Shown: in pieces, positions 14,145-26,173 of the stretch
Position numbering within the stretch: the stretch's first letter is position 1
How the letters are laid out: every line of letters begins with the position of its first letter
Assembly (NCBI GenBank): GCA_004431415.1
Contig: QPMI01000084.1
Coordinates: forward strand, 100,951-164,950
Direction of reading: 5' to 3'
Origin: Cyanophora paradoxa CCMP329
Lineage: Eukaryota > Plantae > Glaucophyta
Length of the DNA stretch: 64,000 nt
Notes under the pieces: model-generated
Seen by the model: only the letters and a program-made list of their open reading frames with translations
Databases searched by the model: none
What the model was told of the DNA's origin: nothing
Position numbers and translations under genes: made by a program

Positions 14145-15917
14145 GATAGCGCGAGCGCTAGCTAGGCCTAGTATAGGCCCTAGGTCCGGTCCGGGCCCCG
14201 GGGCCTCCGGGCCGTCCGGGACTCCCCTGGCAGTGTTATACTAGCATAGCGCGCCCGCCGCCCGGGCGGTCGGCGGCGCTCGGCCGCGGCGCCCGGCGCT
14301 CCAGCGCCTTGCACGGGTCCGATGGTCCGGGGCCCTCCGGGCAGTCCGACGGTCTCGCAGCTGGAACCTCGTCGCCAACCGCGGCGCCGGCGCCGTCGCT
14401 CATGATCAGATCCAGCGTCTGCGGGCGCGCCCGCGAGGCGGACGAGCCGCGCGACCGCGCGCGCGCGGGCTGCTTCGAATTCGCCGAACGCTGCGACGCG
14501 GGCGATCCGGCTGCCTCCTCGGCCGGACGCACACCTGGCCGCGACAGTCGCGAAGACCGAGGCTGCCAGAAGAGTCGGACCGAGGCTGCGACGTCGACTG
14601 CTCCTGCGGCGACTGCTGCGGCTGCCGCGGCGGCGGCGGCGGAGGGCCGAAAGGAGCACCAGAGCCGAAGTTAAACTGCTGCATCATCCGATGATCGCCG
14701 CAGGCGCGGCAGGCCCGAAACCGAAGCCCGCGGACTGCCCGAACTGCGCCATCGGCGAGTTCAATACCGGCGGGCCGAACGTCGGAGGCAGACCGAAATG
14801 CGAAAAGCACCACGACGACTGCGGCGCCTGCTGATTCACGAACATAGAACATTGATACATGTGCCGTGATGTATCAATGCGACGTCCACTATTGCAAAAC
14901 AAAATGCTGATTCACGAATACCTGCTGCGGCGGCGCCGTGCACGTGCTGCAGCCTGCATCATGGCCCAGTGGCATGCGCAGGATCGAGCAGGAGGGTTGC
15001 ACGCGCTGCAGCTGTACGTCACGAATGATCAGGTGGCTGCAGGCTGCGGGCCGAATACTATGATAAATGAATTTCGAAGCACAATAAGGGGAAGCTCTGC
15101 CAGAAGAGCGCATGCACATGCATGGACCCACATACATGCAGCAGCTGCAGCCCGGCAGGAGCCGGGAGCGGACTAGCGAATTCGAACCGAGTTATATAAT
15201 TAGCGGAAATGTGCGCATGCATATATATGCAACACGAAATTATAATTAGCAGGGTCGTAGTTTAGTTTTTCATCGTCATCATGATCATGAATATTAATTA
15301 TAATGCATGCGCAGGTACTGGTCACGCACCGGGTGGTAACGGTGTCGGCGGGCCGGGGAGGAATTTTCGGAAACAATATGCGCAAAGCGCTGCGCATGTA
15401 GGTCGAGTGGCTTTCAGAGTTTCAGTCCTATTTTATATGCAAGAAACAGCAGGTGAGGTATTCTATGTACATGAGAAAGGATCCGATCCGGGTTCCAAAT
15501 AAAAGGTCCGATCGAAGTACTAGGCTATATATCTCATGCTTTTTTGGCTCCTGACTGGAGCTCAAAAGAATGTTATAATCTAAATGAACTACAGGCTCCG
15601 AACTGGAGCGTGAACACGAAAGAGGCAATAGTTTTACTCTAACTAGATGAAGCTCCGAGCTGGAGCACGAACGTGCACACGCACACGAGAAACTACGTTG
15701 ACTACAAGTTTTCTGGAGGGCGAAGTAGGTCCCTAGGCCGCAGCACGGGCTCTAGCTGTAGGTACCCCTCCGGATCCCGCCATCGGGTCCCGACTGGACC
15801 AGCGGGCCGGGATATTAGTAGAGCATGGGCTCGGTGGCGGTCGCGTTGATAATGCCCCTGAATGAAACGAGTTAGATGAAGCGAAAGCGTGATATTCTGG
15901 CCCTAGATCTATATACA

Positions 15918-18900
15918 TCACACGAAGTCAAGACATATATATCCGTCGCGATCGCACCAGGCGCCCTGGAGGAGGTCCCAGTTCTGGACAGGCGACATGT
16001 AGTAGTAGCTCTCCCGCGCGTTGCCCGTCTGCGGCCGCGCGCGGAACGAGGCGAAATGAACGGTCAGACCGCGGCGGATTCGGAGCTCGAATGGATGCAT
16101 CTATGTGAACGAAGTGGCGCGCCGAGGGGAAGGGGTTGAAGGGGAAGATGGAGTTGGCGACGCCCGGGGTGAGTCCGCCCGTGGTCGCCTGGGCCTCCGC
16201 GTTGTCGTTCTTCACGAAGTCAGAGCGCCAGTATATTCCTGCGCATTCGTTCGAAGCGCGCGGTCAAGACCGGACGAGAAATGAAATCAAGGCTCTCCTG
16301 AATCCGAGAACTGGCAGGTTCCGATCGCTCCTCACATAACGCTACTATCGGATCTAATTAAATTTTACAATTGGTGCCGGCGCACCCTCGACCTTGATGG
16401 CCATCTGGCGCTCCGCGGAGCCCGGCACCGCGTTGCGGATGTACAGGTGGGATCCCTGCGGCGAAAGATTAGTTGCACTCGAGATCTCGAAGCCGAGCGA
16501 GGGACCGATCGCGAGAGCTCTGGACCTGGGGCACGAGGCAGAGGGGCGTGGAGGGGAGGTTCCGCCCGTTCGACGTGTCGCCGTCAAGGAAGAAGAGGGA
16601 CTCCTGCGCGGCGCGGCGGTCAGGACGCGCAACAGGAATTCGAAGCTTTACGCGGGGCTAAGGCGAGGTTCGACGCACGCGGCGGTAGTTGGCGGCGCGG
16701 ATGCGGTTCCTCATGTTCTCCGAGGCGTACCCGAAGCCCTTCTCGCCTGCCGCGCTCGAGGTCAATAATATTTTGCGCGATGAACTCGGCGTGGGAAAGA
16801 CGCGCGCGGACCGTGGTCGCCGAAGTCGACCTCGATGGGGAGCTTGATCTTGCGGTGCCACTTGTCCACCAGCGAGAGCCCGTTCACCGAGATCAGCACG
16901 CACTCTGCGCGCGCCCGCCCCGCGTGAAGTCAGATCGAATTCGATCCCGTAACTGCAGCTGGCCCGGATCCATGTCTAGATCTCGCGGGGGAAGCTGCCG
17001 CACCGTAGAACGACTTCGTGGCTCCGCCGCAACTGAGGGGGGTCGGGGGGGAGGAGCCTTCCAGCACCGGCGGATCCTCCGGGCCCCTGCGAGCGAGCGC
17101 GCAAGTTCAATCCGTGCGAGAACTCTCCTTAGAGATGTAATTTCTGCGGGCTCACGGGTTGCACGCCGGGTAGGTGACCTGCGAGGCGCGAGAGACACAC
17201 ATAGAATGAGCCGATCGCGAGAGATGCCTGAGACGGGCGGCGCCGCGTTGGACGGCCGCGCCGGCGCCCGCGGACCTTGACGGAGTGGCGGCCCTTGAGG
17301 CCGTCCAGCGTCGACTGGACGACGGCGCCCCGCGGCTCCACCACGATCGCCCCGATCGCCCCGTGGTACGCCTTGTTGATCTGCGCAGCCGACGCGGGCG
17401 CGCATGCAAGCAGTCGAGTTCAGCTCAAACGCTTGATATAGAGGCTCTGATATCATCATGTAGCGTCGATTGCGCACGTAGTCGGACATGTCGTGGAGGG
17501 TTCCGACCCCCTGGTGCGTCGCCCTCCACACGTACGTGATCTGCCGTCGCGAATTCGAAGGATTTTCCGAGTTACAAACAAGGGTGTTAATCTGTTTATT
17601 ATTATTCAGAGCTTCGCACCCGGTAGAAGGGGGCGATGCTCTGGACGGGGTTGTAGCCGACGGTGTAGCCGTCGCTGTGGAGCAGGTCGTAGCTGACCAG
17701 CGTGGCGTGCAGGCCGATCTGCTTGGAGGGCGGGATCTGCCCGATGCTCCACGCCGGCAGGCCTGCAGACGCCAGCGGGGAGCAGTGAGCGGGGAAGGGA
17801 AGTAGTCACCGGCGGCGCGGGCGTGCCGGGGTAATCCTCGCGCGGGGCCAGCGTCTGGGTGAGGCGGTTGACAAGCTCGACCTCAATGCAGTCGCCCTGC
17901 GCATGCAGAGCGCGCTCGGTTAGGGCAGTGAAGGGTTAAGCGAAAGAGGGCGCGGCGCGCCTGGTTGGCGCGGAGGATGAGGGGCTGGACGAGGCGGCGG
18001 CGGCTGGCCTCGGCGGTCGACACGCGGATGTACTCCTTGTAGAGCTGCGTCTCGACGCCGTCCACCGTCTCCAGCATGTACCAGATCCCGTTCGGGTCGT
18101 GGTCCCCTGCGCGCCCGAGCTCGTGAGTGCTGGATCCGGAGGGGGCGAAGGCGAGCTGGATGCTTCGCGGACCGTAGTCGTTGAAGATGATGTCCGCGTG
18201 GCGGGCGGAGACGCGGAACCGGCGGATCGGGCTGGTCCCGTCGCACTGCGAGAACGAGTTAACGTCCGGCTGTTTCGATATACAGAGTCGCGCCACATCG
18301 ACGTCCAGATCGAAATCCCGCACCCTTGCAGAGGAGCGCGTGTTCTTGGCCGGGCATTCCCCGTGTTTGACGTACGGGTCGTTGCGCAGGAAGTTCCTGT
18401 GAATGACGGGCTGCTCGCGGGGATCCGGGCAGGTGAAATCAGGAAACGACTTCGAAATGGTTGGATCGGCGGTGAGGTTTAATTTGCGGTCGCACGGCGA
18501 GATCGGTCGCGTTTGTGCCGTAGACGCCTGCGCAAATCCAAGGCTTACTCGAGCACAATTGCCGTTTCTCTCTCCATGCAGAAATCAAAGAGCGCACGGA
18601 TGATGCCCCAGACGCCGAGCCAGAGGGCGTCGACGGCCTTCTGGGCGTACATCACATCGTAGTCGCGCGTGCCCGGGTTCGTCACGCGGAACTCCCCCGT
18701 GTTGGTCAGGCTGACGCCCAGCGGGAACGTCTGCGCGATGGGCGACTTCGGGTTGCGCCGCTCAATGTGCCACGGGAAGCGATTGATGCTGAGGCCGTGC
18801 ATCTCCTCGTGCGATCCGGCGATTACGTGCACTCGGACTTTGTCGCCGTTGTACGCCTTAAAGAGCGGCGTGTCCGGGTCGCCGTGCACGCAGGACGAGA

Positions 18901-21900
18901 AGGCCAGCGCGGTGTCGAACGAGCCGCCGGTGCGCTGCTCCAGCGGGGCCGTGCGGTACGAGACCTCCTTCACGCCGGGGTCGCCCTCGAAGTTGTGGTA
19001 GCCCTGCTCGTTGATGGGCTTCTGCATCCGGTCGAACGCGTAGCGGAAGTCGAGCACGCCCATCACGAACTCCCGAAAGTTCTCGCCCTGGATGGTCTGC
19101 GGGCCGGGGCGAACGAAAGCTTGAGCTTGAATATCGATGACGAACTTCGCGATCCAAGAACATATCCACGCATGCGGCGCACCACGTTCGGGTTGCGGAT
19201 GATGACCTGGGCCCCGACGGCGGGGTAGGGCATCAGGGCGCCCGAGGCGCTGTCGTGGACGGTCGAGTCCTCGTGCTCCACGATGAGGCCGCCGTACAGC
19301 CCGTGCTGCTGCTGCGCGTTCGCCGCTGCGCAAGCGCACGGATGAGTCGGGACCTCGAGCCGCAAGCAGTCGTATACGCTGCTACACAGCTGCAGAAGCA
19401 GGTGCGAGCGCTAGCTCGCACCAAGGTGGTCGTGGAAGAAGCAGTAGTCGAACTGCTCGTTGGCGTACCAGACGAAGGTGGCCTGGCGGTTTGTGAAGAC
19501 GCCCGTGTGGTAGTTCCACCTGGGGAATCGGAGCGTGAGTGAAGGGGGATTCTACCAGAAAGGTTCACTGGCGACCGACCCGTTGTGGCCCGAGTCGGAC
19601 GACTGCGGATCGAACTTGACCAGGTGCACGTGCGTTGCCGAGTACGCCCTGCGCGGCGGCTGGCCATGGGCTGCGAGTTCTTGCCTCAAAATGTGTGCCA
19701 AGCGCGCACGTGATGGTTAGAGGCTGGAAGTAGGTGCCTCCGATAGTCGGCGGCAGCCTGATTGCAAGCGTTAGAGCGGCAGTGTCCACTTCCCAGCGCG
19801 TCGGCAAGCGCACAGATTAGTGAACTCGATGACGATGCAGGTCTTTGCTGTGGCGCGGAAGAAGAATGGCTCGGGTTTGCGCTGCGCGCATTGCGTTTTC
19901 GAAACCAATTCAACGCATGCCGCAATGATGCATTTTGTATAGTAAATTTAATAAATACCTTGCCCGAGAGGTAGTCGGCCGCGTCCTCTGCGCGAACGTA
20001 CATGCGGCCCTGCGGATCGTACCTGCGCGAGCGGGCGTTATAGTTATATCGGCTTCACGATTCGCTTCCCGTCCATCCGCACCATCCATACGTGTTCAGA
20101 TCTGCGCGTTTGCATGACTTAATCAGAAACTTCTAAGCATACATCACCGAAATGGCCCAGCTCTCACCGGTTTTGACCTGAATGGCCACGATGCTAATGT
20201 TCATCTCCTTCGCTCCGATGGGGCACTGCGACACATTCAGCGAATTAAAACCGGGAGCTCTCGACATGCAGCGCATGCACCGGATTATTGAACCAGGCGC
20301 CAGGGCGGGCGCGCGGATCAAGCGCGTTCTTCTCCAGCGGCTCGGGAACGCGTCCTTAGGAAGGGGATCAGCGCGAATTCAGATTCGATTAAATTGTAAA
20401 CATGAAATTTACCGAGGTAAGAGTCGAGAGGGTAGAAACCAGGGGGCTTCGGAGCGCTAGGACGCGGGAAGGGGAACGGGGTGCCGTCGTTCTGCAGTGA
20501 GAAGACCGGCTTATGGTCCGATCCGATGCCGCGCGGAACGGGAATGTAGTGGGGCCAGCCGGGCTTGTTCGGAGTGGGCCGCAGGGCTCTGCGGTACGTG
20601 GATTAGAATGCATTCGGAGCGGGCGAAAGTGAACATTCGAATATTAATTTATGCTTCGCGCACTCCTTGTTGAGCGGCTTGTTCTCGAAGTCGGTGGGCA
20701 GCGGGATGAGGCGGCGGACAGGGGTCCCGTCGGGGTAGAGCCGCGATCCGTCCTCGAGGCGGTCGAAGGCGCGGAAGAGGCCCCACATGCCCGCCCCGAA
20801 GTGGGGGTACAGGTGCTGCGCGCGCGGCGCGTTCGTTCGAGGCTCTGGCGGCGGCGCCGGCGGCATGGGGGCCGTGCGCGGCGGGCGCGGGCGCGCACGC
20901 AGTGGTAGATGGCGTCGCCGGCGGCGCGGTTGACGGAGCCGGCGCCGTTGATGGGCTCCACGAGGTAGCTCGCGTGCGGCGCGATGATCTGGCTGTCCAC
21001 AATCTGCGAACGAAGATTAATTAGTAGTAGTTAAATACTTTAGTAGTTTAGTTATTCGCTGCCTTCGCAAGCTCGCACCTTGCTCAACTCGTCTCTCGGA
21101 TTGCGGCGCCACTGAGATGTGGCGTGATCATGAGTACTCAGATAATTGAAATGCGCATTTCAAAAAGTACGCGTGCCTGGTACTGGTGTAGATGGAACAC
21201 GTGGGTCTCCTTCACGCCAGCGTCGATAACCCAGACGCGGCTGCGTTCGGGCATCAGTTTTGTCAGTTCTGGAATAATGGAAGCACGCATGCGCGCCTCG
21301 CGTCGCCGATGTAGTGGCGCAGGATGGGCGTGGCGGGGTCGCCGTGGCGCCACGAGCTGTGCATGCAGTCCTCGTCCGTGCATTTCAGCTCTGCACGCGG
21401 GCGCAGGACAACGCGGCTCGGGGTTAACGACACGAACTGTTCGACGCGCTGCGTTAACGTTCCCGCACCGTCGCAGTAGCCGCCCTCGAGGCAGTCGGTG
21501 GAGTGGCGCGTCATGTGCGGCTCCGCGCGGTAGTTGATGGCGTGGATCGCGTGCTGCGGCGCGGGCGTCAGGCTGTGGCCACGGGCGGTGGAGACTGCAG
21601 GGAACGTCATTGATCGCGGACCACTTCGAGGGTCTGCTCGTTGGGGTGGATGAGCCCGTGCATGATCTGGTAGTCGAAGAGGGTCGGCCCTGCCTTGCCC
21701 GGCTCGTTCCTCTCGTTGAACCTGGGAGAGCAATCTCGCGCTCGCGCGGCAAAGTAAAGTAAAAGCATCTGAGCCGGCTCGAGCGCACATGACGTGGGGG
21801 TACGCGCGGTTGGTGTCGTGAAGGCGGAACTGGATGATGCGGCCCTTGGGCGAGAGCGAGAAGATGTCGTCGAGCTTCTCGTAGCAGTAGTTGTTCTCTG

Positions 21901-24593
21901 GCCGGTCGACGAGCTGCAGATAGCCGTCGACCTCCGCGTACGTGTCCGGCGTGATCTCCCCTGGAACCGCCTTGTATCTACGTGCGCGTGTGCGTATACA
22001 CGAAATCGTTGCGTAAGCTGAACTCAAAAGGCCTTTACAGACAGGAATCGCTCGTTTATTGTTTCGCGATCACCTTAAAGCGGAGACGCGCTCCAGGGTG
22101 CAGACGGCGTCGGCCTTCTCGTACGTCCCCTCGGTGACGGTGAGCTGGAGGTACTGGATTTGAAGGGAGCGTGAGTAATCTCAGAGTACACGTAATTGGC
22201 CGATATCGTCTATTGCGAGCAGCGTTCTACACACATCCGTGAGGTTCGCGCCGTTCTCAGCCGTGAAGATGATATCGAACTCGAAGCTCCGGGCGCCGAC
22301 GTCAGGCCCCACGCTCCATGTGAAGTTGGCATCGTAGTTCAGCCGACCCCGAACCGTGGGCCTGCGAAAGAGATCAAACGGTGACTGCCTTGGAGAACTC
22401 CAACTAGTACTAAGAGCGCGCACGCCAGCTGGAACTGGCCGCTGTGCGCGCCATACTCGCCCTCCTTAAGCTGACCGTATCACATGCATCAGCCATTATA
22501 ATGTAATGCTCGCTTCCAACGCAAGCGAACAGCCGACCTGGAACCTGAACGGCTCCGTGCCCTCGGCGAGCGGCTCTCCTCCGTGGCCGTGGTCTCCGTG
22601 CATGGACGCGTGCAGCTCGGGGGGCGCCGGGCCCACGAAGTGCGGCATCATGGTCTGAGGGAGCCGCGGTCAAGCTCCGCCCGAAGGCTCGAGCTCTAAG
22701 GACTCCCTGGGCTCGAAATCTCGCATAATTACCTCGGCCTCGTCGTGGAAGAAGGTGGCGTGCTCGCGGTACGACTTGGCGTACACGGGGCTCTCGTTGC
22801 TCGACTCCGGGCTCTTGCAGAGCTGCGAGGCGGCAGAGCAGAGCAGACACACACGCGCGTGTGAGCCGCCGGCCGAGCACCCGATCTTATATATGCAGGT
22901 GAATCCGAGCGCACCACATCGACGTGCGTGCCCTTGTCGACGGGCTTGCCGGTGATGGGGCTCCGCCAGAAACAGTTCTCCGGCTCCACAATAATGCCGC
23001 CGAAGAGGCCTGCAGCGCACGCACAGTTAACCGAGGCTGTAACATCAACTGGTCAGAGCCGCGGACCGCGGCGGACGGAGTTCGTCTTAACGGGGCCGGA
23101 CGGGGGCGGCGGGGGCGCCGCCTCCTCCATGGACCCGTCCGTGACCAGCTGCCCCGCGTGCACGTGCCCCGCCGCCTCCGCCGCCGCCGCCGCCTCCAAG
23201 CCGCTGTAATCTGATGGCCGCCAGAATGAATCACACTGAACGAGAACTGAGCGCAGTGCTCATGATCAGGGCAACATCGGACCGTCGACGGGAAGGGCCA
23301 TGTCGTGGAAGCTGCACGCGCGGGCACAAATGTAATCAAAATAGTAATTGAAAATATTTAACGTCTAGATCTTTTTCAATATATATAGCTGTCAGGGGTT
23401 GCGCACCTGAAGGCTCCCTCCCGCTCGCAGTGGACGACGTACTCGACGGTCTCGTCCTTCGCCGCGAAGGCGCGCGGGTCGAAGTTCTCGTACACATCCT
23501 CCTGCCCGGTGACCGCGTTCTTCTTCTTCGTCTGGTACGGGAGGCCCTGCACGCAGACAATAAGAGGCTAGTGTACGTATCTCGAAGCCCGGCCCGGCCC
23601 AATCCAGGAATCGAAACTCACGGAAATCATGATGCCGACGTATTCCTGCTGGTTTTCTGGGTTGAGCTCGGTGTTGGTGATGTTGTGGGTCATGCGGATG
23701 TGCAGCGTGGTCCCCTTCGTGCACCGCAGCGTCATCGGCTCGATCCCCTGCGCACAAAGTCAGGGCTTCAACTCGCGCATGCGCAGGAGCGCAGGGGCCG
23801 AGGCGCACCTCGACCGGCTCTCTGGTCTTCTGAGCCTTTTCCTTGAGGCTCCATGCCTCGTCCTTGAGCAAGAAGACTTTCCCTGCGCAAAGAAAATTGT
23901 CAGGGAATCCCGGAATCGCAGAGTACAGATCCGCCGTTTACAAAACCGCGCGCACCGCCGTGGTCGTGGATGCCGGAGACCTCGACGACGTTCCCGGCCG
24001 CGTCGCGCCGGACGACGCGGTTGTAGTACACGTACACGTTGATCGCCACGATGTCTGCATGGGCACGAAACATATAAATGCAAGTCCGAAGAAGGATATA
24101 TAGGACAGTGGCCACACCGATCGTGGTGTTCGGCGCGACGAAGGGCGGGTTGATCTTCTCCAGCAGGTCGGTCGTGCTGTAGTACGAGTCCAGCGAGTTG
24201 TCGACCGCGGGCGGCTGGTACTGCAAAAGCGAACGGCCGTGGGTCGACGTCGATGCCGCGACGCCTGTCAAACCGCGCGCATGAGTTCTGCGCGCGCGCA
24301 AGGCGACTCGCGCAGATCTAGCTATAGAGCTCGCTGCAGCACGCTGGGCGCACCGAAGCTCGACGCATCGACAGCGCCCGGATAAACTGCGCGTGGACCG
24401 GTGTCAGGTGCGGCTGACATGAGCACGCATGCCTAGGCCTAGGGCCCCGGCGGGAGCCGCTTTTCGGACTTGCGCGCGCGTGCGCACCTTTGACGGACGG
24501 AGCAGCCGCACTGGCGCACGCCGCAATTCCCAGCGCCAGAACCGCCAGAGCGCACAGCGCGCTCAGCGGCCGACGCCGCTGACCCCGATGCAT
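15918..24593 (-). CDS. Secreted large multicopper oxidase, MnxG (manganese oxidase)-like, many introns
   Basis: Signal peptide MHRGQRRRPLSALCALAVLALGIAACASA; YREHATFFHDEAE; HAINYRAEP; HSSWRHGDPATPILR; IDAGVKETHVFHLH; spliced GDAIYHC|HLYPHFGAGMWG..DGSRLYPDGTP; THVHLVKFDP; FFHDHL; QQHGLYGGLIVE; GSHEEMH; DALWLGVWGIIRA; PLILRANQ|GDCIEVELVNRL; C-terminal WDLLQGAW. Confidence 0.87.
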
Positions 24594-25079
24594 TCCGGCA
24601 CCGCCGCTTGCGAACGAACGCCCTGCGCGTGCGACGCAACTTAGATTCGTCCGATGCGCAGTCTTCATGATCAGATGGCAGAGAGCGCGGCATTCGCGCC
24701 TCAGCAAAGCTGGCTATAGGGCGGACGAGCCTGGCAGGCGGTAGCTAGAGCGAAAGCACGCACCGAACTAAAGAATGAGCGCTAGGAGCCAGCGGCGAGG
24801 ACCTGGACCACTTGGCCGGACCGCGAACCGGTTTTCGCTTGATCAGAGCTCGAGGCGGAGGTTTATTGAGGGCGGACAACCGGTTCGAAACGGCACGTGC
24901 GCACGCGCGCGTAACGGCGCACGTGCAAATGATCAGGTCACCAATCGCGGTGACCGTCGGACTCGGTCGACGTCTGAAGTGTTCATTGATGAGCGTACAT
25001 GATGACATGCATATGCATCATCTCGATCATGATTACGCTCACCGGATCCGATCGAATTCGAACCACTTTTTGGGGAAAA

Positions 25080-25760
25080 GAGTTTCACACGAGACGTCGA
25101 CGGTCACCGGGTTGTCGCCAATTGCAATCTAGATCTGCGATGCCGCGGTAAGCGAATCGGTTTTTCTCATGTCACCGCTAATTGACCCCTGTCACAGTGT
25201 CGACGTCGGTAGTACGTATACAATATACTCGGTACCGGTCATCTTGTTTTAAGCGCAAAAAGATGTGCATTGGTCGGCGACTCGGCGTCCTGTCAACTGC
25301 GCATATATACAGAGCTTTCAAGTTCCGAAGTTCAACGGTTGTCGGCGTCGAGCGCTGTCACTTTAGAGCAAGCCGAGAATGAAATGCCTGTTAAAGACTT
25401 GTAACAATACGCACAGGTACCGGTGAGCTTGCAGTTGTTCATGGCTGAAACCTTTTCACACGAAACGGCGGTCCGACTGTCACCAATCTGCGATGTCGCG
25501 GAAAATTAAACGAATCAGTTATTCTCATGTCACCGCTGTACATGTGCTCGCGATTGTCCGAATCGGAATCGGTCGTGATCACCCCGTTGACAGCACGAAA
25601 AAGTGCGCTTTCGTCAGCGACCTGTCAGCTGCGCATGCGGAGCTTTAACGTTTGTCGGTTTCGGCGCCCGGACCTGCGCTAGTACTTGAGAACAAGTTGA
25701 GAATGAAATGCCTGCAAAAACAAAGACATGTAACAGGTACGGGTGAGCTTGCAGGTGTCA
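25080..25760. repeat. Diverged tandem duplication, ~370-bp unit, 2 copies
   Basis: TTTCACACGA..TTCTCATGTCACCGCT..GAGAATGAAATGCCTG..GGTGAGCTTGCAG present twice (from ~25083 and ~25454). Confidence 0.8.
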
Positions 25761-26173
25761 CAGTGTTCCATGGTCATAGCCGCTGAGCCTAGAATCTGAC
25801 AGTCGAGCCTCGGAGGTGTCAATGCAGCAAAAAGTGGTTTTCCGAACGTCAACTTGCAATTGCAATTGCAACAGAGAATTTTGAAATCGGAAAGCTTGCG
25901 AATCGGAACTATTTTGCTTGACGGAAAAGTGGTTTTCGAGATCTGTGGTTTTTAAAGAGATAGAGTTCGATCGGATCAGAGCTCGATCAGAGCCTCACAT
26001 GTACATTTACAAGAATCGGACACTCCGGAGCTTCAAGAATTCATACATGAGTATGCTGCGCGACACACAGGCTTCCTCTCGTTTACAACGAACGACAGAT
26101 GAAATTCAAGGATCGACGCTGAACAAAGAGCAGATCCTAAAGCCGATGCTTGGGATCAAAGAGAGCAGGGGAT

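Larger units (their letters stand above)
1..14150 (-). mobile_element. Helitron-like element, possibly including the upstream tandem arrays; right boundary tentative
   Basis: RepHel gene, then contiguous satellite arrays from 5510, ending in a 13-bp-arm hairpin at 14098-14144, after which host-like unique sequence starts. Confidence 0.4.

Noticed and set aside
14180-15176. Possible small host gene (P/Q-rich ORFs)
   Set aside because: No recognisable domain and no consistent frame; cannot be supported, though not excluded
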